NCBI GenBank assembly: GCA_964016885.1
Contig: OZ024741.1
Coordinates: 293,260,001-293,324,000 of the forward strand
DNA from: Eledone cirrhosa
Lineage: Eukaryota
DNA length: 64,000 nt
Direction: 5' to 3'
How positions within the stretch are numbered: the stretch's first letter is position 1; the number at the start of each line of letters is the position of its first letter. Below are positions 1-13,624 of the stretch, in pieces. Below the pieces are notes generated by a model that saw only the letters and a list, made by a program, of their open reading frames with translations, ran no database searches and was not told the DNA's origin. The translations under genes and the position numbers were made by a program.

Positions 1-1060
1 GTTTGTATGTAGGAATCTGTATGTGTATATGTAAGTGGATGCTTCTCTATGTATGTGTGTGTATATATATATACATATATATATATATGTATATATATAC
101 ACACATGATGTGTGTGTTAAACCGGGCGATGGATTAAGTCTACCAAAGCAGTGAAAACATCTCTGAAGTAGAAAAAGATTGTCTAGAAGTGTTTGAAAAG
201 ATTCTGTGTCATTCAGATTATCAAATGTTGCGTGAAATCAAATAACTGTTGAGAAAAGATATAGAGAATATAATTTGAAAGGTGATTTAGTGAGGGTTTT
301 TTTTTTTGCTGTTGCTGGTATTAGCTTTTCTTTTTTTTTTAATTTTACATCTTTTCAATTATCTATTACTAAACATCGCATCAGTAGTTTCTTTAAATCA
401 TTATATAACATGAGGATGGTTGAGTTGCTCTTTTAGTGTTGGTTGATAATATACCAAGGTGGGGAATTGGCAGAGTTATTAGAGTGGCAGATTAAATACG
501 ATTCTATGTAATGTTGGTTCCAGTTCATTGTGTTTTGAGTTCAACTCTTATCATGGTCAGCTTTGCTTTTCATCTTTTCTGATGTTAAGAATAGTTCTTG
601 TTCTTGTCTCAGAGATCAAATCCTGGCTCATGTCACAAGATAAACCATAATACGTTTGACAAAACTTTCAACACTCCAGACGGACTCAGTAATGATTCTA
701 TGGTCAAATGAATGGAAAATATTCCCTTCCTTGAATCTAGAAATTGACTCTCTTCCTTCCTCTTTATCCTAATAATATATTCAATTTCTCTTTAACTTTA
801 TATATATATATATATGTGTGTGTGCATAAACTTGACATGTGTGAACATGAACTTTGCCAATTGGCAGAGTTCTTAAAGCATCAGATTAAATGTAGTTTTT
901 TCAGCTCACCATGATCTGATTTTAAATGCTATCTGTTCAAGCCAGTGAAATAGAGGAATAGTTACTGTTGGACTTATGGCCCTTTGTATTCTCAGTTCAC
1001 CTGTAATGTCACTGGTGCCAAGCTGTCTTGACAACATTGTTATGTGTGTGTATATATATA

Positions 1061-1280
1061 TATTCATTTTATTATAGAAATGACATCTACAGGAGTAGAG
1101 CTGTTTCATTTGTAAGAAATTCTCAGCTCTTTCCTGATGATTTCTTACAAATGAAACAATTTTAGTCATGTAGAAGTCATCTCTATAATAAAATTAATAC
1201 ATATATACACCACTGATATATTGAGTGACTGTTTTGACAGTGGTCACCTCATGATTTACATCAAGATCTTACTTATTATA
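1061..1280 (+). mobile_element. Fold-back Penelope-like remnant (IR ~1061-1120 / 1140-1200, tail to ~1280) with hammerhead core
   Basis: ttttattatagaaatgacatctaca...tttcatttgtaagaaat mirrors atttcttacaaatgaaa...tgtagaagtcatctctataataaaa; CTGATGA at 1134-1140, a short hairpin, then GAAA; bounded by TA runs. Confidence 0.6.
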
Positions 1281-1599
1281 TATATACATAGATGTGTGTG
1301 TGTGAGTATAGTCTGAAGTCAGTTATTTAACACCTACAACAACCTAGATGCTGTGCTATCATCGTATTTTAGCCACCAATAGTCTTTAAAAGATTCTGAA
1401 ATGACTTGTTGCCACTATGTTGTCTCCTCTGACTCCTCCATGAAGGAAAATATAAGAGTGTTAATAATAGTAGAGCAGCGATCTTCAAAATATTTAGAGC
1501 ATTGACTTCATTATGGAATCCTTGACTCCTCATTGACTCCAGGCATGTACAAATATATATATATACATATATATATGTATATATATATATGTATATATA

Positions 1600-1642
1600 T
1601 ATGATGGCTGCCCCCTCGTTCTCGAGTATGGCTATTGCACGA
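1600..1642 (+). repeat. ~40-bp dispersed module gatggctgcccc(c)tcgtt..cgagtatggc.attgcacga (probable LINE/SINE 3' end)
   Basis: Near-identical copies at 60959-60997 (+) and 19285-19324 (-); followed by an A/AAT-rich tail. Confidence 0.7.
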
Positions 1643-1655
1643 GAAAAAAGAAAAC

Positions 1656-1689
<34 letters not shown>

Positions 1690-1830
1690 CAATAATAATG
1701 CTTTCTTTATTAACCACAAGGGTTTACATAAAGTAGACATTAAGGACAGTACAGGACAATACAGAACGGTACAAATGGGCATTTCTGCGTGTAAAAAACA
1801 AGAAACGGAGGATGTAATAATAGAACAATG
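1656..1830 (-). mobile_element. LINE 3' end with (TTA)n tail (L1/Tx1-like family)
   Basis: aataatgctttctttattaaccacaaggg matches aataatgatttcatttattagccaccaggg at ~62213-62242, which adjoins an L1/Tx1-like C-terminus. Confidence 0.5.
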
Positions 1831-2125
1831 ATAACAACAATAATAATAACGACAACAACAACAATAATAATATACATATATATATATATATATACGCACA
1901 CACATAAACATATCTATACACACACAATAGCAATTAACAGCGCTGTGATCGAATGTGGCTTTTTAGCCCAGCCAATGATCTAAAATGTCTTGCACAGAGT
2001 CGGCAACCAAAACATTATGTATATATATATATATGTTTATATATATATATATTAGCTTCTCGCTACAATAATTTCTATACATTTCATTTATATATTTGTA
2101 TATATATATATATATATATATACAA

Positions 2126-2178
<53 letters not shown>

Positions 2179-2290
2179 TACGTATATATATATATACTTA
2201 TCTTCTTATCATTTTACGTCCACTTTTCCCTGCTTGCAAGGGTATCACATAAGAAATGGAGAATCAGTGTTGCGATGAATAAAATTTACT

Positions 2291-2387
2291 AGACATATTA
2301 CAATCGTTTCTCTGGCGACCAGCTCGAGGCGCGATCGATGCAATGATCGAACCTGAGTCTGAAATAGCAAGATCCTCAGATACGTCT
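2291..2387 (-). ncRNA. Type-I minimal hammerhead ribozyme fold (Penelope-like)
   Basis: Minus strand: agacgtat CTGAGGA tct..(long stem II)..aga GAAA cgattg TA atatgtct; stem I pairs with one G-U. Confidence 0.75.
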
Positions 2388-2621
2388 CGATTCTATGAAG
2401 CAGAGTTTCCATACCCTAAGTATTAAGTACTCTAGTGTGTTATGGTCTGTCTGGTATCTTACCACACCCTGTTTGTTATATGATCATCACCATTTTACAT
2501 TCATTCTTCCACGCTAACATGGGTTAGACCTTGACTTACTCATACGGGAACTGATTGATTTCTACTTGTGGATGCCCTTCCTAAAACCAACCTCATTTAC
2601 AGTGAGTGCAAGGTACTTTTT

Positions 2622-2668
<47 letters not shown>

Positions 2669-3689
2669 TAAAGAAAATATAAAATAAATTGACAATAAAG
2701 ACTAATTATATATAAAGCAATATAGTTTGTATGAAGCTTTGTGAGACATGTAATTAAGGATGTACTGTGAAGCTACTAGTACACTGTAAATAGCAAATTT
2801 AATGGTGGAACTACATTAATTATATATATAAATGAGGAACCTGTATAAGCAAGTCGTATTTTATTGTATTATTTTAGATATTTTCCTTTTTTATATAAAT
2901 ATCAGGTTTTGAGTCAAAACTTCAATCCACTGTCTGGGCAGTCCTACCCACCAGTTTGTCGATCCTTGCTATGGAGCAAGTGTTAATCTCTTGGAAGTGG
3001 TTAAAGTGAAGTCTATGTCAAGTTTTCAATCTATAGTTGAAGCTGTTGTTTCCTTTTACATATGTTTATAATGTTGCAAATGTTTATAAATGTCATACAC
3101 TCCTCTTTCCTAATCTTCTTTGACACAAATGGCTTTTGTCACTTTCTCATAAATATCCTTAGTAAGTATATAATTAAAGATGAATATAACAAAGAGTCCT
3201 TACAACTTTATCTCTCTCTGTGTCTGTCTGTGTGTGTGTGTGTGTATAGCAGGTGTGCAGTGCACTCTACATGTGAGTGGAGTTCCACTGAAGCAGGTGG
3301 AGAAGTTTAAGTAATTCAGGGTCATGTTCATGAGTGATGGAAGTCAGAAGGCTGAATTAAGTTGAAGAATTGCAGGAGCTAGTGCAATAATGCATTGAGT
3401 ACTACTCTGATTTGTGGTCTTCCCAGTCTTCATAGCTCAGACACTCATATGTATGTATGTATGTTCTTCTGGTTTTATAATTTCACAAATTTTTGTCAAT
3501 AGAGAGAGAGAGAGTTGGTTTCTAACATAGACACAAGACTCTCATTGGAATTTACACAACATTAACTAGGTAGATATGACTGCATGCATAGATGTGTGTG
3601 TAGGTATGGATGTTATTGCATGTGTGGATGTGTAAGTTTGGAGTTATATGTGTGCATGTGCATATGTTTTGTGACTGTACAAGTGTATA

Positions 3690-4760
3690 TGCAGTTATTA
3701 GATGCAGAATCTTTGGAATGTTTTACATATATTTACTGTTCCATAAATGGATTGTACTTGTAATTTCTTAACTAGTTGAGTTCTTTCTGTTTCTGTGAAG
3801 CCCAGCTTCTCAAGATTTGTACTGAGGCAGTTACTAACGTATCCCAGTGCCCTAATAATCACAGGTATAAATCTGAAGGTTTAGTCAGGGTGGAGTATCT
3901 GTAGGTTTTCCATTAGTTCTGCATAGATATTCTCCTTTTTGCTAATCTTTAATATTATATTGGCATCTGTTGGGCAGTTAACTTCCACTATTGTGCATGC
4001 CTTCTTTTCCCTGTCCCATATCGTTATATCTGGTCTGTTATGCCTGCCTTTTATTGGGGTTTTGACTGGAACATTCCACCAGTACTCTTTCATATCATGT
4101 ATGTGTATGTCTTCCACATTACTGCAGCTTTTAATGTTTCTTGCCGGGGCTATCTTTTCTACGGAGTGTATTGTACAGTGTTTTGGCCACTATATGCCTC
4201 ATAGGTGGATAGTACCGTGGTGACATCTTTGGACAGCTGCTTATGACATGGGTGACATCTTCAATGTTAATTTTGTAACGTCTGCACTTGTCAAATCTCA
4301 GTGTTTTGCCTGCATCCCTATCTCTTTTGTGAATCATGTATTTTGTGTTGATTTCCTGTTCTTGGATTGCAAAAGCATATCCTTCAATGTGGGAGCCAAT
4401 ATCGCGGTTGTTGGTCCAAGATAGATTACTTTGCTTATTTATATTACTTTCACTCTGGAGCTTCCTGACAACATATCCATGCATGATTTTTTGGTGATAA
4501 GCATGTAGTTTTTAATCCATGGATTCACTGCGGTACTGCTGCTCCTTCCCAACTCTCATGATCTTATCTGTCTCATGCAGACAGACTTGCTCAATAGATG
4601 GGCTCCTATGCTTCGAGGTTCGTAAATGTTGTCGGCGGGATATGATGTGACACTCAAATGCTGTCTGAACTGATGTTAGGCCTCTGCCTGCCTGCTTATG
4701 TTTCAAGTAGAGGTGGTCTATGCCACCGTTGATGTGTAATATTTCATGGTTATGCATTCC
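3690..4760 (-). pseudogene. Decayed non-LTR retrotransposon C-terminus with CCHC-like knuckle and restriction-like (REL) endonuclease, R4/Dong-like
   Basis: ORFs 4512-4757 (LYL..GRGL), 4131-4484 (AIQEQEINTK, CR..EDVTHVISSC, RH) and 3881-4117 (NRPDITIWD..IVEV..K..Y), broken by frameshifts. Confidence 0.85.
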
Positions 4761-5499
4761 TTTTTACAAGTATGTATGTATATATGTATTATAGAGAGAG
4801 AGAGAGGGGAAGATATTTCATTTCTTTGTAATTGGAATAGTAGTTCCTTTCATTTGTTTATGTTCCATTTAAACAGAAATCCTCTTCATAGTTAGATGTA
4901 CTAAGATAGGTGTCTAGCTGTGCAATTTTGCTTCACAAAGTCTCATCCAGCATATGCCAACATGGTAAAAGAAAATGAACTGAAGACAGCAGTAATGATG
5001 ATGATGAAAAGAATTAGCCACTTAGTAGCATGTTTTCCTTATATCTCAGCACATTTCATAATCTTGGTTCTAATTTAATTTCTAATGATTTTTACAGACT
5101 TTTCCTCATCATCTTCAAAGTTTTCTGTCACCATAGCCTCTCTTGTGGCTTCTTTGAAGTTGTAAAAGTATATTTGTTTGAAAAAAACATTTTTCAAAAG
5201 TTATTTTCTACTTGCAAATTTTCAGATGTGTTTGGTGTATATATGATTTTGTGTCAATATTTTATAATGGCATATACTAAATGTCGTCATTATGTTCCTT
5301 CTTTTCCTATTTAGATCTGTTAATTCTCTTAACTTCTAAGTATTAATCCAATGCATCATTTACCATCATCATTGTCATCATCATTTCAATGTGTGCTGTC
5401 AAGGTATTAAGTGCCTTGAACATATGCAATGTTATGTTTTAGGTTTTGGTGTTGTTTTTTTTTCTTTCATATTTAAAGTACTCTATTATTATTATAATT

Positions 5500-5845
5500 A
5501 AGGGTGGATAATTGGTAGTATTGGTAGAGCATCAGAAAACGTACTTCACAGCATAGAGTTATGTCCCTTTTCATTCTGATTTCAAATCCCGCCAAGTTTA
5601 TCTTTGCCTTTCATCCTTACAGTGTTGATAAAATCAAGTACCAGTAATGCATTGTGGTCGAATTAATCGACCCTCCCCCCCGAATTGCTGTCTATAGTAG
5701 AAATCATAGTGTTACGTCCCTTTACTGTCTGAGTTCAAATCCCGCCAAGGTTAACTTTGCCTTTCAACTTACGGGGTCGATAAAATAAAGCACCAGTAAT
5801 ACACTGGGATAATTGCTGGCCTTGTTCCAAAAGTAGAAACAATTA
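5500..5845 (+). mobile_element. Two tandem copies of tRNA-derived SINE family A
   Basis: ggtagag..gagttcaaatcc (A/B box-like), then aactttgcctttcatccttacggggtcgataaaataaagtaccag and 3' end gtagaaacaatta. Confidence 0.85.
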
Positions 5846-6295
5846 TCATCATCATCATCATCATCCAATTGTCACACAGCATTTGTTGCTGGTGATGTAA
5901 TTCTGGTGCCATCTATCCACAACCAGTGGACTGATGTGGCACATGGGATGGTGAGATATATCATCATCTTCATCATCATCAGCAGCAGCAAAGGGTTAAG
6001 TGGGCCTGCATAGGCTAGATTGGTACTGAAGTGGGGCTACTGACCTCCCAGACAGGCCAAGTGTCTATATTCCACTTATGTATGGTCATATCGAGTGCAG
6101 AGGAGAAGTTGTCATGTCTTTTGACACAAAATGTAGGGTCTTCCTCACCCGTTATTTGGCAAGCTCTCTACAGATGGATGCCCTTCCTAGCACCAACCAC
6201 TTTACAGCTTGTACTGGGTGTTTTTTGTGAAGATCACCAGACTAGGGAGACAGTCAACTATCTATAATAATTATTATTCGAAATAGTAGTAGTAC

Positions 6296-6712
6296 AATAG
6301 ATTGTCAGTATTGGTAGAGCATCAGATACCATGCTTTGTAGCATAGAGTTATGGTCCTTTATATTCTGAGTTCAAATCCTGCCAAGGTTAGTTTTGCCTT
6401 TCATCCTTATGGGGTCGATAAATAAAGTACCAGTCACGCACTGGGGTCGATTTAATTGACTTTCCCCTCCCCCAAAATTGCTGGCCTTGTGCCTATATAA
6501 GAAACCATTATTAATGTACTGGGTTATTAAGGGCGGTGGATTGGCAGTATCGGTAGAGGGTCGGATGCCATGCTTTGACACATAGAGTTACAGCCCTTGC
6601 CATTCTGAGTTCAAATCCCGCCGAGGTTAACTTTCCTTATGGGGTCGATAAAATAAAGTACCAGTAATACACTGGGTAATTGCTGGCCTTGTGCCAAAAG
6701 TAGAAACAATTA
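6296..6712 (+). mobile_element. Two tandem copies of SINE family A
   Basis: Same head, central domain and 3' end as the other copies. Confidence 0.9.
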
Positions 6713-8248
6713 TTATTATTACTAGCAGTGGTGTGTTACCAGGGAAATGGTCTTTGGAGATGGTTGTGACACATTCCTGGCAATAACTTCAGTTCATTCC
6801 TTTTCAGGATTTCTTTTAGCTGATCTCATAGGGTAAAAATAATGGGGGGGGGGGGGTTATATATCTGTTGATTGATTGCTTTTTTTTGGCTTGCTTTTTT
6901 GTTTACCTTTTTCTTTTTTTTCTCATTGCTGTTTTGTTTTGTTTTTTATTTCTTTGTTCTGCCATAATATAATGAAGACATTGCAAATGAGCATTGTCAT
7001 TCATCTCAAGCGAGCAATGCTGAATGTCAAAGAAAATTAAATCCATTATTTGACTTAGTTGTTCATCAATTTATCTAGAAGCTGGCGTATATTTATGGGC
7101 TAAGTTTTTTGAAGTGGCAAGTTTCAAGTTGACCAATCAAACGTGACTGAAAATGTTAATTGCCGTTGCCTCTATTCTAGCTTTGAACTAATTTTTCAAT
7201 ATCCTTGGTATTAGTTTCAGCCTTGTCTATATGTAATCGTAGCTTAATGGTGTTTTATTACCCTACTTCTGGGAGTTATTTATTCCTTTCTGTTGTATCG
7301 TCATTTATCATCTATGTATGTACTCTAGCTTTACACATCAAAGATGGAGACTTGATTAAATTTTTAGACACCACAATGCCATATGTGCAAGCATGGTCAT
7401 ATCATAAAGAAGTTTACATTACATTCAAATTGTTTTGAGTTCAGCTCTCCTCTGTGACATGTAGGGAAATGTGTCTTCTACAATAATATCAAGTTGGCGC
7501 AAATAAACACTTGATTAAATTCTAGAGATGGTCATGTTATTATGAAGTTTTTTATATTCACATTGTTTGGAGTTTGACTCTTCTCTGTGACCTCACTAGT
7601 CTTATAACTGTTTCTACTTTAGGCACAAAGCCAGCAATTACCCAGTGCATTACTGAGTCTTATAACCTCTTGCAATTAGCTTCGAAAAAATAGCACAAAT
7701 GATGGTATTGAACTGCCAGCTTAAATATCTAGTGTTCAAATAATTTTGTGGCCTCTGTATATGGTTGTTTCCCCATTTGATGAGACATTAAATCATTCAT
7801 TCAGAAAGGGCAGGACCCTCATTACATAAGTGTTTACCTCAACTTTTACATATTTTCTCTGAATGGACCATTGATAGACTAAAGAGAAAAAAAAAAAATG
7901 AATGAAAACCCTGATATTCACTATTTTTACCCTTTTGAGACTATTCTACCTGAGAATGCCCCTGTGTTTATAATACAAAACAATCTGCTTTAAACTATTT
8001 TACCAAAATTTAAACTTTTATCATGAAATAAAAGACTGATAAGTTTCAAATGCAGTAGAAATATATATAATAATATATAAATATGACAAATAAAACAAAA
8101 CAAAGTAATATTTCTATCATGTGTTTATATAAGAACCTTTTATTATATTTCAAATACAAATGTAAGGCTTTCATGACCATATTTCTTCTGATATACACTA
8201 CACTTCAAATAATTAATGAAAATTTTGGAGGAATCTATTAAAATCATT

Positions 8249-9087
8249 ACTGTATATACTTGAAGAAGTCTCCGCTATTTTATATCTAAAATATTGGCAA
8301 AAATCGAATCACTGTGTATAAGATGAGACACCTCATCAGCCCATTATGCTTAGATGATACAGTTTTTAAATTCTCATGAGTGGTTAATGTATTTATGAAA
8401 TTTTTATATTTTCATATTTCAAATTTTAAGAATCTTTTAGAATGTACGTTTTGTTTCACAACTCCATTACATAATGATATTTTACCATTTAAACCATTTT
8501 ATAAAGATTCAAGAAGTTTCTGGCTACTCGGAGAAAATCAAACTATGTACAAGGGGATATAATGAATAGGGAATAATTGAAAGAAAGAGATCAACATAGA
8601 GAGCATTGTATAATGATTCGAGCTAGAGAGAGGAGGAGTAGAGATAAAAAAAGAGAGGGTAAGAGCAAGAGAAGGGAGAGAGAGAGAGCAAGAGTAATAA
8701 AATACAACTCAGGAGTAGGACTGAAAGAAAAAGTATAATTAAGTCTTTGAAATATACTGGTGGGGCACATGTGTATGGATGTGTATGTGTGTGTGTCTGT
8801 ACACATGAGCAGGTATTTATATGTATGTATACGATTTATATATATGTATTAAAAAGGTCAAATTATAATTTGTTGGGAATGAATAAATAACAATAATGAA
8901 AATGTAGTAAATGTAGAAAAACAGTTTTTCATTGTAAAATAATCACCAGATATTTTAGTACCTTAATTACATAGCATTTGAAGTTGGTGAAAATCGTCAA
9001 AATATTGACCTCAAATATAAGCTTTATCCCATTTTACTATCGACTTTTGTCACATATTTCTCAGCTTATATAAGAGTATATACAGTA
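8249..9087. mobile_element. Putative Tc1/mariner-pogo type non-autonomous DNA transposon
   Basis: Ends tactgtatatactt.. / ..gagtatatacagta; shorter related copy at ~32993-33187. Confidence 0.45.
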
Positions 9088-9102
9088 ATTCTTTCATTAT
9101 TA

Positions 9103-9295
9103 AGACGGTGGATTGGCAGTATCAGTAGAGGGTCGGACGCCCTGCTTTGAAGCATAGAGTTACGGCCCTTTATGATCTGAGTTCAAATCCCGCCGAGGTT
9201 AACTTTGCCTTTCATCCTTACGGCGTCGATAAAATAAAGTACCAGTAATGCACTGGGATAATTGCTGGCCTTGTGCCAAAAGTAGAAACAATTAT
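9103..9295 (+). mobile_element. SINE family A, full length
   Basis: Consensus match; TSD attattaaga at 9096-9105 / 9291-9300. Confidence 0.92.
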
Positions 9296-10733
9296 TAAGA
9301 TAGTATTTGCAACACAATTTCGTAATGGCTCTTATATAAAATTATGTTAGAAGGCTTTAATTCAAATAGATACTCTTTAAAGTGAGTGGTTTTGTGCCAT
9401 AGAACCAGAAGCAAATTTGGGTAATTAAAAGGGTTAAAAATAGAAAAGTAAGTTTTTACAAATTATTAATTATTTGAACATTAATTTAAGCACAGGTTCA
9501 GTGTATTAACTTAGAAATGTGGGGAGAAAATGATTAAGATAAATCAGAAGATTATTAAATAGATTAAATAGAGGAAAACACCAACTAGGAATACAAAGTT
9601 TATCAAATTTGAATGCCAGCCTGTTACACTCGGGTCTTAAATAATACATGGGGTGGGAATAAGCATCTGGGTGGGGTTAAAATCGATAGTTTTTATAGGT
9701 TGTCTACCTTAATTTTTAAAAAATCAGAATTAGTAATTTAGTTTACATATTGAGACCCCAACACATCCTGTTTATTTTATAATGTTTTTTCTTGTAATGT
9801 TCTTTTTTTTATCATGTATAATATTTTATGATGTCTAAAGAAAATTAATTGTCACAGTATTGCTACCACTTAAAATAAAATTTCACTGGAGATAGGTTAG
9901 CAGAATTTAATAAGCTGGGAAGGAGGGGGAATAAGAGCAGTGGGGTGTGATTATTTGAGACCCAAGAGTATGTGGAAAATGTAATATTAACTTCCTAAAT
10001 TTCAAGGAACAAATTTGTGGTTATATGAAATGCTTTATCCCCAAATGTTATTGAAGCAAATGTTTGTTACTGCTTATTTCAAACAGTTACCATGTGGTTC
10101 ATTGTAGATGATATAGTCCAATGTTATTTCTCAAACAGTAAATAAGCATGTGCTTTATCCAAAATGGATTCATTACATAATTTATTTTTTTTGCTCTCTT
10201 CACATGCTTAATTCATCCTGTTTGCTTGCTACTTGCTCATGTTATGTTGCTTACTTTGCTTGTAGAAAGAATCTGGCATTGCTGAAATGAAAAGGATATA
10301 TGTTAAATTGTTTTCCTTTTTTTTTTTACCTTACAAACCTTGGCTTATCAAATTACCTGCCACTGAGAAGAGAAATATTTCTATGCAATGACACAGCCTA
10401 CTGTTAGATCTGCTTCAATCTCACTCTCTAAATAAATTTCCAACTGTCTTTAACCTTCTTTATACTAAACAGCCTGAAACCAGTCTCGGTTCTTTGATAC
10501 AAAGATCTTTATTTTAAAGTGATTATATTTATCTAAAAACATTCCATCATAATTTTATGTCACAACCTTGGTTAAATAATGTTCCAAACACCAGCTTAAT
10601 AGTGAAAAAAGTAGTTATTTTCATAAATTTATTTAAATTATTATTTTCAAATTTATTTTAAAATCATAGACAATGTCTTTTATTAGAAATAGTTAAAGCT
10701 TTCAAGACTCTGAGACTATTAGTACTAGTTTGG

Positions 10734-10895
10734 GTGAGTTCAAATCCTGCTGAGGTTAGCTTTGCCTTTCATCCTCACAGGAGTTGATTGAATAAAGTAC
10801 CAGTAATGCACTGAGGTAGATTTAATCGACTCGACCCCCCCCCCCCCCCCCAAAAAAAAAATTGTTGGTCTTGTGCAAGATGCAGAAACCATTAT
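10734..10895 (+). mobile_element. SINE family A, 5'-truncated
   Basis: gagttcaaatcctgctgaggttagctttgcctttcatcc...gcagaaaccatta. Confidence 0.8.
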
Positions 10896-11234
10896 TAATA
10901 ACTTAGGTATATCTACTTCAACAAAATCAACACAATTGACCTTCAATATAAGGCCGTCGTTCTACTTCTTCACTGCCATTGCAGTAGCAAATATTCTTAA
11001 AACCTAACTAAACATAATATGAGGGCATTTGGTTCAACAGAAAGATTTCAGTTTGTAGTCAAATGATCTGCACAAAATTACCAGTAAATTTGTTATCACC
11101 TCTATTCCTAAACTCATTAAAAGTGAATTTTTTATGAATCAGTGTGGGAGTTCCTATATAGGAACAGACATGGCTAGGGTAGGTAAGAAGTTCACTTCAG
11201 AACCATGCATATATGCATATGAACATATGTCTTT

Positions 11235-12466
11235 TAAGGATAAAATAACATTTTCCGGACTAGCACTTTATTCAAAAAAGGACTTTATTCACATAAGTTT
11301 GAACACCATCTCCTTCGAAATAGTCTCATTCTGCAGTAAAGCACTAATCCCAGCATTTCTGCTGCTCTTGGTATGCGGCCTCAAAGTCATCATTTTAAGC
11401 TTGTTCAGAACCTTCTGTGATTCATGCTGGATCTCAGCAACAGTGTTAAAACAGCAACCGTTGAGCTTGATTTTCATCTTCATGAAAAGGAAGAAGTCTG
11501 CAGGAGCTAAATCTGGTGAGTAGGTTGGGTGCAGAAACAGTGGCATGTTGTGCTTGATCAGAAACTCATGGAGATTGTCATCGTGAAGAATTCTGATCTT
11601 TGCATGCTACAGATCCAGTAACTTTCACAGAATGTTCTCCCTCAAATGTCTCAGAACTTCAAAGTAAAACTCTTTTTTGATGGTCTGATATTGAGGGATG
11701 AATTCTTGATGAACAATGCCATGGATGTTGAAAAGATCGATGAGCATACTCTTGATTGAACTGCGGTTTTGTCTTGCCTTCTTCAGTTGTGGGGATGGTG
11801 GACTATTCTATTGCATTGACTGCTGCTTTGTCTCTGGATAATACCCATAACCCCAAGACTCATCATCAGTAATCATCCTCAGCGTTAATGATGGCTCACC
11901 CACTGCACTCTGTTTGAGTTCTTGGCAAACTTCAATACAATTTTCCTTCTGGTCCTGTGTCAGCAGGTGGGAGCAAACTTGGCAGTGACAGGCTGCATAT
12001 TCAGTTCAGATGTTAGGATTGCCTGCACTGAACCATACAACACACCAACAATGTTTGCAAAGTCATTGCTTAATTTTTTCAACATTTCTTGGATTGATAC
12101 TCGTCAAAGGTGTTCCATGGATGTTCTTCCATTTTGGAAGTGCCCATGTCACACAAAACATTGCAAATGACCCATTGCCTCATGGCCGTAAGCTTGCTGA
12201 AGCATGTTCAACGTATCTGTTGCTGATTTTCCCAGTTTAACGAAAATGTTCAAGTTCACTCTTTGTTCCGACTTGATGTCTATGATACAAACGCAGACTT
12301 GTATACGGACATGATCAGAAAAGCACCACTTTAACAACTCGCGATGTTATCACAATAATGTCACATGGTACACTTACTAATGACAGTTACAGCTAACGAT
12401 CACTGCACGTGCAACCCTGTGCTGCACTACAGAGTTAGTCTGCAATATTTTTGATACCACCTCGTA
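11235..12466 (-). mobile_element. Decayed mariner transposon
   Basis: ORF 11289-11546 has HPTYSPDLAPADFFLF; ORF 12149-12337 has a mariner N-terminus (EQRVNL..VKLGKSATDTLNMLQQAYG); right TIR reads tacgaggtggtatcaaaaatattgcagact on the minus strand and ends at TA; left TIR remnant ttttccggact. Confidence 0.9.
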
Positions 12467-12524
<58 letters not shown>

Positions 12525-13624
12525 AAAGGTAAACAGGGATAACAAAACAAACGACTCAGTACAATGAAGAAAAAAAATACATGTGTCTGTGTGTATGTGT
12601 GTGCCTGTCACTACAAATATCAGCAGCATATATCCGGGAGGCCATTTAGCCATAGAAAACTTGATACAAAAGATCTTGTTCAACACATACAAGCATTAAA
12701 AAAAAGGAAGCAAGAACGATGATAACAGTGATGATGAAGATTATTCTAGCTGCCTAATCTCACCGACATATATCTCAAAATATATTCCCTAATGCTGCAG
12801 AATTTCACATTTAATCTATCTAGTGTAATTTTAGTGGAACAAGCCAAAGTAGGATCTTCTTTCTAACTGAAGCTGCTCATTACAATAGTGAACGGAGGCA
12901 ACATTTCTCTACTGCAAACTCCCTACTGTTTTAAGTTTGTGATAATAGAGTCAATATGGAGTCAATATCCAGTCAATATGGAGTCATTATGCCAGTCAAT
13001 TCTTTGGAGTCACTTGACTGGATTAAATACATAAATTGGCTTTGTGATGTTTGTGTTTCTGTATAAATGTCAAAATTGTTGTTGCTAATGTTGTTGTTGA
13101 TGTCAATTAACAACCATTAAAAGAGCACTTAATATGTATTCATCTTTGCAAACTAGTTATGATTGGCATCATGACCAAAGTCATAATAGTCTTCTTTTTA
13201 TTATTTTCTTTACTCAACAATTGTGTGTTCCTGCATTATTGTGGCTGCCAGTGTTATTACTTTTATTTATATAATGAACATTTTCATTTTTGGACATTAA
13301 TTTGTGGCTTCCACTGTTTATAACTTGCAGTATATTTCATTGTTTCATTGTTATTTTTTCTGTTTGTTTCTCTTCAATTATTGGAGGCCTTTTTTAAAGT
13401 CATTTTCGAGAAATTGTCACTTATCCGTGTGGTATGTTTTGGTGCAGTGCAACTGATGTTGTTCCCACACTTGTTTATAGCTTTTACCAACCCTCTGGCA
13501 GATTATTTGAATTCCTTCTATTATAACACCAGACATTAAAATAGAATGTTGTCTAAAAGACATATCTCAGGAATTGCAATAGATGTTCCAATGTTATACA
13601 GCCGACTGCTTACATAATAATAAT

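Noticed and set aside
6530-6620. tRNA-like A/B boxes (also in other SINE heads)
   Set aside because: They continue into a shared SINE body with TSDs and give no full cloverleaf, so they are not tRNA genes
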